Assembly: GCA_039621445.1 (NCBI GenBank) | Contig: CP154954.1 | Location: forward strand, 30,446,395-30,510,394 | Length of the DNA stretch: 64,000 bases | DNA from: Euglena gracilis | Lineage: Eukaryota | Direction of reading: 5' to 3' | Shown here: piece by piece, positions 13,601 to 25,000 of the stretch | Numbering within the stretch: position 1 is the stretch's first letter | How the letters are laid out: each line of letters starts with the position of its first letter | Notes under the pieces: generated by a model | Told to the model about the DNA's origin: nothing | What the model saw: only the letters and a program-made list of their open reading frames with translations | Database searches by the model: none | Position numbers and translations under genes: made by a program

Positions 13601-15012
13601 TTCGGAAGGTTGGGCGAAACCCGGGGGGACTTCTTGTGGGGGGGGGGGGGGCATCTTTGGGGGGGGGGGGGGCTTCTATTCAGGGGGGTTTATGGCGGGT
13701 TGCACTGCAGCCATTCCAAGATCCGCAAGCTGGGGGGGACGCCAGAAGCAACTATTCAACAATCAACAGGAGCAAAAAAAGAAGGTTAGCTACTAGCGCC
13801 AACGGCCGCAAATGCATTCTGCACAAAGCCATTTGCAAACAACCACATGTGCATCTGTTGCACCCTTCGCAATGGATGCCAAACCACAACGTTTCCTAAA
13901 AAGTTGGAGCAAATCACCACCCATCAAGCAGCTGGGCATGGTGATGGGTTGAAATCATCTGTCTTGTCTGAAGATTTATCGAATGAGATGTTTCCACATA
14001 TTTCTTTCTGCAATTTCTGAGCCCTCCCCCCAATGGTATCTCTCATCTTTTGCCATCGTGTGGGCTGTTCTGGGCTGTTCTGTGACGTGCTGTGGTGTAC
14101 GTTATGTGTTATGTGCCCCTCTGCCAGGCTTCTGCTTAAGGGTTTGCGGTGCCCCCTGGTGGGGGGCTCGACCGCCACAAGTCCAAATTTGGCTAGTGGA
14201 AATCCCAGTGGATCCCTGGGGAGTCCGCTGGCTGGGCTGGCCAGTGGGATTTTCCCACCCTAAGACAGCCAAAAATGCCCAGTTTTAGCTTTTTTTTTTG
14301 GAACCAAGTCAGACAAAAGCCTCATTTAAAGTCCCATTTCCACCTTGACGCGCAGCTCCGGAGGAAATTTTGTCCAGTCGGGGGAGGGGAGCCCAGCCAG
14401 TGGACCTTTCCCAGTATCTAGCAAATAAAATTAAAGTAAATTAATTAAATTGAATTAAATTGAAGATAAACAAAATAGCTAGGCATTTAGAATGAACACA
14501 GGGGACGGTTGTCTCCAGTTGAGGCTTCTGGTTGCATTGCCCCCCCCCCTACAGCGGCCGGTGTTTCTTCGTCTTCGACTTGCCGGACCTCCTGCGGTTC
14601 CCCGCGGTGCGGAACAGCCAGGGCCAAACAGGAATCCTTGGAACCCAAGTGGTGGTCGACCCCCCACCCCCATCCTGGTCGGGGATCCGACCTGCCTCCC
14701 CCCCCCCCCGTCTCCCGGGTCCCATCCCTCACCGAACCTTCTGGTCCTGGGGACAGCTTCCTCACCTACAGCACCGACATCACCACGCTCTCCGACATGT
14801 ACAACGCACTGCTGCGGGAGCAGCTCGCCGCCCTCTCCCTGCCCCGCGGCACCTTCCTGTCCAGCCGGGGCCCCACCCCGGACCCGGCAACCGCCCCCCA
14901 GCCCCCTTGGCCCCGTGTCCGGGGGGCGGGGGGGGGGGGGGGGCTACGGTTCGGGTGGGGCTGCGCCACCGTGGTGGATACGGTCTCCGCCTTCCACACC
15001 GCACTGAATGGG
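7634..15012 (+). CDS. GDSL/SGNH lipase-esterase with signal peptide, multi-exon, 3' end not found
   Basis: Exons 7634-7703, 8230-8344, 8955-9022, 9310-9344, 9559-9642, 10578-10720, 14555-14615, 14755-~14865 and ~14965-~15012. Hydrophobic N-terminus MGRCGVAALLVALFSVLFC; block I VVVFGDSLS; RKSNGKLWVEY; block II LAGATA; block III FIGQND; GGRCFFVFDLPDL; MYNALLREQL; VVDTVSAF. Block V (DxxH) not seen. Confidence 0.85.
7704..8229 (+). other. Nonconventional hairpin intron with residual 8-bp TSD
   Basis: The stem CAGCCGTCTGTTTC / GAAACAGAAGCCTG is flanked by CTCGGGGG (7699-7706) and TTCGGGGG (8225-8232). Confidence 0.8.
8345..8954 (+). other. Nonconventional hairpin intron
   Basis: Perfect 12-bp stem CAGGGAGACCCG / CGGGTCTCCCTG with +4/-8 geometry. 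Removal gives SNGKLWVEY. Confidence 0.88.
9023..9309 (+). other. Nonconventional hairpin intron
   Basis: gcgCAGGGTGGGTCTT / AAGGATTACCCTGgccgc. Removal gives TVQYASAAIS. Confidence 0.7.
9345..9558 (+). other. Intermediate intron (nonconventional CAC/GTG or GC-AG)
   Basis: aggCAC...GTGccgtc. Sliding by 2 nt (9347-9560) gives GC...AG and the same mRNA. Confidence 0.6.
9643..10577 (+). other. Nonconventional hairpin intron
   Basis: agtCACCCCGCCTCTTTC / GAAAGGCGGGTGcggcc. Removal gives DLNSSCFVVFIGQND. Confidence 0.78.
12913..13340. mobile_element. pogo-like MITE with AAATATAAAGCCCCCC repeats
   Basis: Imperfect TIR ACGGWGG; repeated direct and inverted AAAT(A/G)TAAAGCCCC motifs. Confidence 0.5.
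14616..14754 (+). other. Nonconventional hairpin intron with residual 8-bp TSD
   Basis: CAGGGCCAAA / TCTGGTCCTG flanked by GGAACAGC (14611-14618) and GGGACAGC (14750-14757). Confidence 0.85.
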
Positions 15013-15631
15013 CACAGCGCCGTTCGGTGCATTCAACATTGCCTCCTTGGGGGGTGTACGGAGTCCGAACAGATCGGGGCAAGTGAAAGCATTTAATTTA
15101 GGAGGGTTTCAGTGCAGGATTTCTCTCTGAAGAATTTAAAGGGTGCCTGAAATCAGGGGGGAAATCGGGGGGGGGGCAAACTCGTTGTTTTTTTTTGCGG
15201 TTCTTTTTGGCGCGGATTCGCATGTTCAATAAAACTGTCAGGGAATTTTGTAACTCGACAAGAAAAGTGCACTCCTGGCCGTCTAAGTTGCACAGCACAT
15301 TTTGAGTTTTCAACGTTTCTAGATTTCTGATGCATTTCTTGCAATCCGCATGGCCTGCTGGATCGGGGCAGGGGAAAGGGTTCTCGACTGACCCGGGACA
15401 CCCGCGATGATCCTCACCTGCACCTCTTGTCTAAGAACCAGGAAAGGAAAGCAGGGGACTTTAAGGGACAGGAAAGGTTTTTTTTTATTTTCTTAAGGCC
15501 CGTCCCCGTGCCGCCGAACCTTGCTTTTGGTCCCGCGGCACCGGGGAACCTGAGAATTGGCCCTCTTCAGGGACCAACTTAAGCCAGAGCTTAGGTTTCG
15601 TTTTGGGAAGATTTTTGAGTCGTCCGTTGGC

Positions 15632-16068
15632 CAGGGTTTGATATAAGGAGGGCGTACATGGTTTAGGTGGGGGGGGTGTCCCCCCCCCCCCCCCCCCCCC
15701 CTCCTGGCCCGCAGGGGGGGGTCCGGACCCCCCCCACCCCCACCTGCCAGGGGGTCCGGACCGACCCTCGGGGGGGTTCCCGGGACCCCCCCAAAAAGGG
15801 TCAATTTTTTCCTCCGGCGCTTTGCGCCGAAAATTTTTTGCATTTTTGGCACATTTTTGCCCAAAAAGTGCCCAAAATGGCACTTTTGGTCGTTTTGGGG
15901 GGTCAAAAATTTTCGGCCCGGCGCTTCGCGCCAGGCCATTCGGTAACCCAGACCGCGCAACTGTTTAGGTGGGGGGGTGTCTCCCCTCCCCCCGCGCCCC
16001 CCCCCCCTCCTGGCCCGCAGGGGGGGTCCGGACCCCCCCCCCCCCACCTGTCCTTATATCGAACCCTG
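15632..16068. mobile_element. hAT-like MITE family A
   Basis: TIR CAGGGTTYGATATAAGGA; perfect 8-bp TSD CCGTTGGC (15624-15631, 16069-16076). Near-identical to 61176-61564. Related ends at 5070 and ~25604. Confidence 0.92.
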
Positions 16069-16927
16069 CCGTTGGCCCCAAAAATGCCTGAATTCGGCCT
16101 AAATTCGTCCGCGGCCTCACTTCACCTTCACTTCACTCACTTCCCCTCACTCCTCACTCCTCCTTCGAAGATCGGGGAGCCCGACGGGAGGCCGATCGTA
16201 ACCCTAACCCTATTTCAATCAATAACCCCGACTTTCCCCGGAAGGTTGGACCCAGGTCCCACCATACCCCCCCCCCCCCTTGTCCAACGACCGAGCTTGT
16301 CTAACGACCTCCCCCACGGTCAGAGACGATCTTTTTGTATACTACGTTGGTTTGGCTAAAATTGCTAAAAAGTTGGTTAAAAAACAGTCAAAAATAGCCC
16401 AAAATGGCCTAAAATGGCCAAAGCCCCCCCCCCCCGATCCAACTATATGCCACCCGTAGTTGGGAGCTGCCTCATTTTTTCCCCGATGTTGACCTGTTCT
16501 CGCCGAAAAATGCCAAATTTCCTTACCCATTTTCCTGTGTATCTTTCATGGAATGTGCTGGGACAGCAAAGGTTGTTTTTTTTTTTTCATTTGAGGACCG
16601 CCCTGAAGGAAAGAGGGGCTGAACTGATCCTCGTCGAACAGAGGGGCTGCTCGGAAAGCTGGAAAGGGGTTGAACAAGTGGCCGCCGGGAGCTTTGCAGC
16701 CCAACTTCCCTGTCAGAAAGCCCCCGCCCCACACCCATCCATTCGCATTCGCCACGCGCACCGCGTGGCGGACCGCGTTCCCCGGGTGTGCCCCGCGCCG
16801 CAGCGCCCGGGACACGCCGCGCGACACCGCCCCGGGCCCGCCCGCCAGGCCGCGGCGGCTGACCGCGGCCTCCGCGGCGGAGGCGGGCGACGGCGGTCTG
16901 CCGGCCCTGGCCGGCCCCGCGCCGCTC

Positions 16928-18089
16928 ATGCGCCGGCGGCTGCGCCGGAGCTGCGACCTGGGGGTGCGGATGCCGTCCACCGACATGCTGCCCCCCGCCC
17001 GGCGACGGCCCTGTGGCCCGGCGCTGCTGTGGTTGACCCCCCCCCCCCAACCCCCCCCCTGGTGCGGGGGGGCGGGCTGGACCTCCCCCCTTTTCCAAAT
17101 TTCTGGGGCGATTTTTTGGGTCAAATGTTACTTTGCCCAGTGCCATGGTGGGCAGGGGACCTCCCCCCCCCGAGAAACTGTCATTCGTGTAAGTATGTTC
17201 AGTGTGCCTGCAACTGCCTGGTCAGGTTTGGTCCCAGTGTTCCGGTGGGATGGGAACGGTGCCGGTGCCAGGGGTTGACCTCTGGCCGCCACCGCCGGCG
17301 TCTGCCCACCGCCGTCCGCCCGGATCTCGGAGCGGCGGCCGGCGGTGGTGGGCGCGCCGTGGATGGTGGTGGATGACGAGAAGGTGTTCGTGCTGACGCG
17401 CACCGCATCCGGCCGGTGCCGGCGGCAGATGCAAGGCGGATCCCGCCCTGCGCAGGCGGGCCGACCGCACGAGGTTCTGGGTCCAACTCATCCCCCCCCC
17501 CCCCCGATGGACAGAGCACACTCAGTCTCAAAAGCCTTCATTTCTACCGTGCTTTACGCCTTTCTTGGAGACAGGAAGCAGGCTGTATTTTAGCCAAGTG
17601 CCGCCCCCCCGCCCCCGGGGGAGGTGCCTGCCTGGGCAGGCACTCCAAGACACAAAAATCCGACCCCCCCCCGGGGGGGGGGACAGGGCACTCCGCCAAA
17701 AGTGCCTAGCAGGCACTCCGGCACCGAAGGTGCCGGAAGGCTTTAAAAAGGCCTATTTTCAAGGGAAATGGCCTATTTTCTGAGGAAAGTTCCTGGGCAC
17801 AGGCCGAAATCCAACCCGGGGGGGGGGGGTAGTGCCTGCCTGGGCAGCACCCAAGGGCACTCCGGACCCGGTAAAAAAAAGCCTAACAGGAAGTTAAAGA
17901 CGGGTGTGTTTTTGCACGGCCTTTCTCAAAGCGATGGCATTAAGTGCATCACAGGGCCGGTGCCACTCCGATCCGGCTTTGGTTTGGCGGATGGCCCCCC
18001 TGGCCCCGCCGCCAAGCCCAGCATCCCGGTGTGACGCTTCTCGCTGCCTGGGCCCCAGTCCCCCCGGCCCAGCAGCTGCCTCCCTCTAG
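16928..18089 (+). CDS. Putative small hypothetical protein (2-3 exons)
   Basis: GC-rich segments ~16928-16999 and 17321-~17415 join in frame across a 321-nt insert bounded by a perfect 8-bp direct repeat (MRRRLRRSCDLGVRMPSTDMLPPARISERRPAVVGAPWMVVDDEKVFVLTRTASG). The frame of the last exon (~17955 onward) is ambiguous. No family recognised. Confidence 0.3.
17579..17885. mobile_element. hAT-like MITE
   Basis: Ends CAGGCT...AGCCTA; perfect TSD ACAGGAAG. Confidence 0.85.
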
Positions 18090-20659
18090 CGAACTGCCAC
18101 CCAAACGGCGGCGGCTGCAGTGTGCCCCCTATTTCAATGGATGTAATGGATGTTCTGTGCATTGGTTTGCCATTCATTCTCAGCGATTCTTGCGGTGCAT
18201 CTCCGGGGCCCAATCTCCCACCTCGTCTCTGGCCCTCTTCATGGGAGAGAGTGGACAGCAGTGTCCAATGAACACCCTGTGTCTCCCCTTTGTCTAAACA
18301 CCACCCATGCTAAGTGCCAACCCCCCAGTCCTTACCCATCTTGTTACAGGTCATCTTCTCGGGGAGGCGTCTTTTGTGTGTGTTTTTAAGAAATATTTCT
18401 CGGAAATTTTCAATTATAAGAATTTCTGAAAACTTATTTGGTGAGGTATTGTTAATTTTTGATTCCAATTGCCAACTGTGGACTCCAAAAATAAAAGATT
18501 TGATTTGGATTTGGATTTGGAACGGATGGCCTCCAACGCCCAAAGTGGGCAGTACGTCCATCCCGGAAAATATTGGGCAAAGGGAGTGGTAGGGGAGAGG
18601 GAAAGGGTAAGCGGGACAGGTGTATAATCGGAAGTGGGAGTGGATTGGCTTCAACTGACACCCAACCACCAACCTCAGATCCATACAAAGCGTAGACAAG
18701 AGAATGCAGGCAAAATGTGATTGTGGTGGGTTATGAAAGCGAAAATTGTCACACTCAGATAGCAAAGTTTAGATGGCATTAATAACATGGCGAAGGCAGT
18801 CAAGCGAGGGCAGTGACTAGCACTCAGGCCATCAAATGACCCTGTCTTCCACAATCAACCGAATATGGGAGGACGCATAGTTGACAGTATCGGAATGCAA
18901 GCAAACCGTCCGTGCATGGGGTGTTCATGGGATGTGGTGCCACCTCCCCGGCCAAGACTATTTTTTTTTTTTTCAGACCACATCACTGGATGGTGCATGC
19001 CAAGGGGGGCTGATATCTGGGCACACACCATCGTAGCTTCCCAAGACACACGTCAACAAGCAAACCCACCAAGCATCTGCATCAAAAATGGCCACCATGG
19101 GGACACGCATGAGAGTGGCTGGCACACCTTTGAGAATGGCGGAACAAAAATTGGTGACATACTTCACAGAGATTTGCAGACCTTTGTGGTCAAAGGCGAA
19201 CCACAACCAAAAAAAAAACCAGGCCCGAAGCGCTCACAACCAAGCCTGGAGGACACACAATAGGGTCCAGGATCATCTTGAAACATGGCACCAGAGGTTT
19301 CCACTCCAGTGGCCAAGAGACCCAGCGGCGTGATGGTCACAGACTCAGAGTTTAGCTCATGAAGCCCTGATAGAAACACAAAAGCCGAGGCAGCTAAAAA
19401 GGGGGGGGAATGGCGAAATGGAAAGGCCAATGAAAGGCCTCAAGCTTACAAAATGGACACTTCGCTACGTCCAAAAATAAAAGAAGTAGTTCTTTTTTTG
19501 TGTGAAGCGTTGTATTTTTTTGCGGTTTCTTACCCATACCTTGGCGAAATGAGCACCCCCCCCCCCCCGGTTCTTACCCATCTTTTCTAGACAGGGGGGA
19601 AACCTCATAGGTCCATAAGCAGCTGCTGCTTGACTGCCATGGATAATGTGCAGCTGTCAAATGAATACGGAGCCATAGCTGCCTGTTTTCCTGCTGCATT
19701 TTGTGGTAGTAGTGGGCCTCTTCGTCATATAAAGTCATACCTCGGCCGCTTTGTCAAGCCCTCTTTTGCATGCCTGATGTCCATTGCACCCGGAGCAGTT
19801 GTTTTATTTAAGTTTTGTGACCCAATGGATCCTGGCCGAGCCCCAACCTCGGGTCCCTGAGTGGTCCCCTGAGTGGGTACCCACCGGAAGCGGGGTTTTG
19901 TTCTATTTTCGGCAAGAAGCGCCGGAAAAAATTTTTGGACCCCAAAATTGAACCCCAAAAGTGGGTCCCCGAGCCCCTCCCCCTGGTGGGCCTGGACACC
20001 CCACAGAAAAGGTCCTAAAAGACCTCTGGCCGGAGGAGGGTAACCCCCCAAAGCATTAACCCCCAGCATTATATTTGGATGGGATTTCAAGACCCTCGGG
20101 GGTATTTGTGGGGGATCAAGTTTTGGATTGCCTCTGTGACCTTCGCGTCAAAATGAGTCAAATACCAAATTCATACCCAAATTTCAGTTGTACATTTCCT
20201 GGTTTCACCAAAGTGCGCATTTTTTTTGCCTAAAAATGGAGGATACAATCATTTGGTTGTTTGGTGGGCGTTACACTGCGGGGTTTCTATTTGCAGGGGT
20301 TAAGGCGTTGGTGGCTGGTTTGATGAGGGTGGCCACATTGCAATTGCTCACCCCGCCAAGTTGCCCATGCGAACTCCTTGCGCCACGTATGCTCAGGGAT
20401 GTGTCTGGATGCATACGTCATCATTGAGAAGCGTGCATGAGCATGGAGGGGCAAGGAAGCCTGTTGACTTTTTCCAATCTCGTACGCATTTGCATATTTT
20501 CTCATGCCTTGAATGCATATGGCTAAGGTGCATCCAAACACATTCATTTTTGGGTGAGGGCGTGTATGGGCCAGTCCGGGTGAAGTTAAGATACATGCAG
20601 GTTAAGGATGGTGCTCCATACCACGAATTGCGTCGTCCTTCGAACCAAGTATTCATACA

Positions 20660-20800
20660 TACCTCCCCCCCCCCTTGTCTAAGGACCCCCCTTGTCTAAG
20701 CACCACCCCCCTGGTTCTTACCCATATTTTGGCAAAATAAGCACCACCCCCCCGGTTCTTACCCATCTTTTCCGGTGCTTAGACAAGGGGGGGTGAGGTA
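20660..20800. mobile_element. TA-flanked (Tc1/mariner/pogo-like) MITE
   Basis: TA-CCTC(C)nTTGTCTAAG ... CTTAGACAAG(G)nTGAGG-TA. Partial relative at ~19530-19600. Confidence 0.65.
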
Positions 20801-21779
20801 ATCAGAACTCCATACTGAGTACGATGAATGCATTTCCCTTGGTGCCCACCGCCGTGAGCAACCACGCACTGGATACTCAGCTTGCACGCACAATTCAGAG
20901 GGCCGACAGGGGCGAGTGTTGCTCTCATCGAACCTCTGCCAACGAGTTGTCCATTCGAGGCTGTGGTTGCATCTCTTTGTGGAAGGTGCTGCCCTGTCCA
21001 CCATTTTCCCTCCCCGCTCCCTCGCCCACTTTCAGGCAGAGGGCAACCAATGGAAGACCCACACCCCCTTGGGGCAGCCAACATGGCTTTCGCAGTTGCA
21101 GGTCCAAAGAAGCTGGTTTTCTTTTTAGATTTCTTTGTCACGTTGTCATGGATAGACCACCTTTGTACATGCTTGATGAATGCAGATCTGTGGCGAGGGG
21201 TTCCCCCACCGGTGTGGGGTGGTTTCTCCCGGTCACCCTATAAATTTTAAATACAAAATGTTGAAGATGCCAAACTGAGATGAATAACAAAAAGTGATTT
21301 GCACAACATTGGATATATGTTGTATTCGGGACGCCCAGAGTTATTGGGTTTTTTCCCACACTCATGCTGTTGATGTGGCATTGTGCCACAGAGATATGCT
21401 GTTGCGCACGTGCATGCCGTGTGGGTGTGTATCTGCATGCATTTCTGTGTGTTTGCGTTTTCAGTGCACACTCTCTCCTACCACTGCTGCCGTCCCCTCG
21501 CACTGTTCCATCCTCGCGGTTCCATATAGCTACCGCCAACAGGAACCTTTTTTTTTGCTTCTTAGGGGAAACCACCACCCCGTTATGTCCCCAAATTGTT
21601 TGCTCATCGTTGCTGCAAGTTTTTGTTTTCTGCGCTACTTAGTTGGTTGATCTTGCATTTCAGCTGTTTCATGGTCTTGTGTCTAATTGCACAAATTTCC
21701 AATTTCCAATTTTTTTCATTTTTCCGGGTTAGTTCCAGGTTTTTGAACTGCAGTTACACACCGGCCTCTGCGTGTAGAT

Positions 21780-22011
21780 CAGGGTTTTTTTTGGGTCTGG
21801 CCGAACCCCCACTTCTTAAAACTCCACCTTAAAAAGCACCCTTGGTGGGGCCGCGGCATGCCGCGACCCTGCCAACGGCCGCCCTACCTCCCGTGAATGA
21901 CCACCCAGTCCCCCCGGGACCCTCTGCCCCCGGGGGGCGGGGGGGGGGTCCCAGGGGGTGGGCGGGTGGGGGGGACCCCACCCTCCCCCCTGGTCTTAAA
22001 AAAAACCCCTG
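21780..22011. mobile_element. hAT-like MITE
   Basis: Ends CAGGGTTTTT...AAAAACCCCTG; perfect TSD GTGTAGAT. Confidence 0.88.
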
Positions 22012-25000
22012 GTGTAGATATTCACCATCTTATGCAGACAAAATCCTGGGGAAAGGCAAAATTTGGTGTTTTTGGTCTTCCAAAACATATTTCAAATCCC
22101 TGAGCATCAGCGCCTTCAGCTGGTAAAACAAAATATGCAAATTGCACATCCCGCAATTCACATTAAGAAACGCGAAGGTTTCGAACTAGTTATTCTAACT
22201 CTGCAGCAGATTCATGCCCTTGTCTGTCAAATAGGTGGGTTGCACACCCTGACCATGACGTCCATGGGTTTTGGCGCGTCCGTGCTGCCTGCATTTGCGG
22301 GAGCTGGATACCTGTTTGATGGGGACCAGTTTTCCACCATTGGACAATGTCATGTTTGCACAAATTTATATGAGCTCGGTTTGTGCAAATCTGCGCACAT
22401 CAACGGTTCGACCTCATCCTCTGTCCCCAACTCACGGTCTTTGCCGCACCCTAGCAGCGTGAAACCTAGGGTATTTATGGCTGTTGTTCAGGGGAACCCA
22501 GGAGTGTTTGATGTGCAAAATTGCGTGCACCGACGTGCTTCTTTGTTCACGCCATGGAAGCAATGAATCGTTCCCAGAAAGTTGTGTGATCCCCTCTCCG
22601 GTCGCAGTTCAACAATTTGGCAGAACACAAGCCCCCTGGAAGTTTGGTGGGAGTTCCCGACCAGAGGAATTCGATTTTTTTTTTTTAAGTTTCATGACCC
22701 GGCGGGGGGGGGTCCCGGCCGAGCCCCCCCCCCCCCAGGGGGGTTGGGCTCAGTGGGTACCCCTGCAGGAGGGGATACTTTTGGAGAGTAGAGCCAGAGT
22801 TGATTTGCTTTGCATTTAAAAGAATAAAATCCCTTCCTATGGGGGAGATGGGCACAGCTTACGTCGGGGAAAGATTGGTGCCAATGCACCATTTGAGCAG
22901 TTGCATTTGTCGCCCTTTTGCGCAACTGCACACACTGCGTCCAACGGTTTTTAAAAAACCCAAAGCGGATGGTACCGTGCAGGACTTGGTCTCACCTGCC
23001 CTAACCCGTTCTAGCAATATCGCAAGTTGATGAGGCGGCGATTGGAAGGTTCCCAAACACACATTCCAGGCGTGCTTGCCCCGCATGCTGTGCGGACACC
23101 TGCTCCGGGGCACCCTGAGCCGTCAAAGCCTTTGCATTTGTCTTTACGGTACCAGGGCACCAGACCACCTCTTGATTGCATTGTACGGGTTTGGTGTTGT
23201 ATCCCAAGGTGTTTTTTCTGATTTCTTGGGTGACCGGAAACTTGGTCACCGGCACCCATGCTGTCTGACTTCTCTTTTTGACTTGTCATGTTGGAAAGTT
23301 CATTGCAATGCACTTGGGAAGTTGTCATCAAAAGCTTGTGCCGCCTAACTTGCCTGGGGGGAGATGTTCTTTAACGAAGTGATCTTTCGACCTGGCCCCC
23401 GAAAAAGTTCCTCGCCGGGCCTCGCAGCACCCTGCTCGCAGAATTGCGGTGCAGCGAATGCAGCACTTTATTTTGGAATCCGGAAGCGTTGCGAAGGGTC
23501 ATCTCGCCTCAACCACTGTGCCGTTTCTGGGTTGTAACCTGAGTAGACAGTGGTAGGGGTCCCCAATCTTGTAATCACTTTAGGGATGGCATGGGTTCCA
23601 TTTTCTTTTTCTGCCATCCAAACAAATGAATATTTTGCATATTTACAGTGGTTTTGTATCCGCAAATGAACATTTTTGGATGGTCATTATTTGGAGTAAC
23701 AGGGAAAGGGTTTCATTAAGTAATGAATTCTTGAGCAATGTTTTGGGCCGGCTGATTGGGAGCATGACAATGCCCAATAGGAGCAGTTTGTGCCTGCAAA
23801 TTCGAAACAGCGAGTGCATGGTATGTGCTGCGAGCAGTGAAACTCATGAAGTACAATTGTGTGCCATAACAATTGCATTGCTGGAATATTCAGGCAGATG
23901 GCCACAAAGATGACACGAAGATGGGACACATGGAACGCAGGTCCGCATGCATATTCGAAACGAAGGAATCCCTGCAGTGTTGACGAGATGGCCCTCTGCC
24001 CGTTTTGCTTGTGTCGCTTTGTCCCTTTGCCGCTGCCGCCACGTTGTCCGATGTGTTGCAGGGCCTCAGGTGACTGGAAGTGCCCTTCTCCCCTCTTCCT
24101 GTCCCGCTCTTGTGCTGGCCCGACCTGCCGGGGCTCGGAACTGATGGGGCCCTGCACAGTGCGGCCAGGTTGCCGTGGGGGCTGGAATCATGGAAAGTGG
24201 ACGCGCTTTTGGCACCTTGTTGGGTTCCCCCTGTGTATTAACCCTAGTTGGGCAGGATGGATTATTCTTAAGCGGAGATTTTCAAGCTTTTTTTATTTTA
24301 TTTTTTGAGGTTTTTTTTGTTGTCTCTTCAGGTAATTTGATGTTTTTTTTAAAAAATTAGGGCGGTCCAAGGATTGTCTGGGCATCGACCGTTCAAAATC
24401 AAAAAAAAAGTAGAATTTTTTTTTGAGTTTGGTTGGATAGAGAGCATTCCAGTGATGCCGAAAGCATGTTTTCCCCTGGAGTTGGCCTTTTTCACCGAGA
24501 TTTTGCAATTTCAATTTTGCTGTTGGGGAAAAAAATTTTGCCAGTGATTTTTTGAAGGTTTTGAAGGTTTTTTAAAAAAATTCTAAGGCATTTTGTCAAA
24601 ATTTTTGGGTTTTTGAGGGGTTTCAAAAGGTTTTCTTAAAGATTTTTAAAAGCCTCGAAAATAATCCCCATTGGGCAGCTCTTTGGATTCACTGGCATCC
24701 TTGAGGGGGCAAACTATTAAACAAATATGCACACACAATGCAACTGCAATTTTTTACGCTTCTAGACCCCTCCTTACATGCCCTCTTGGCCCTCCTAAGG
24801 TTGGCCCCCTGGCCTTACCTTCAATCATGGACAGGCCAAGCGCCCCGGGGGGGGGTACCCAACTTCGTCATTGGTTCTTGGCATTCGGCACCCGATGAGC
24901 ATTTTGCCGTTGTGTCTTCTGAAGGGCCCATCCGACCTTGACTGGTGTGCCAAACCCTGGCCTCCTTTCTGCGATTGCAGGCCCAGCGGCCGAAGCGCAT

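Noticed and set aside
22859-23113. Tyrosine-recombinase-like fragment
   Set aside because: Only a vague resemblance; no R-H-R-Y catalytic residues can be identified.
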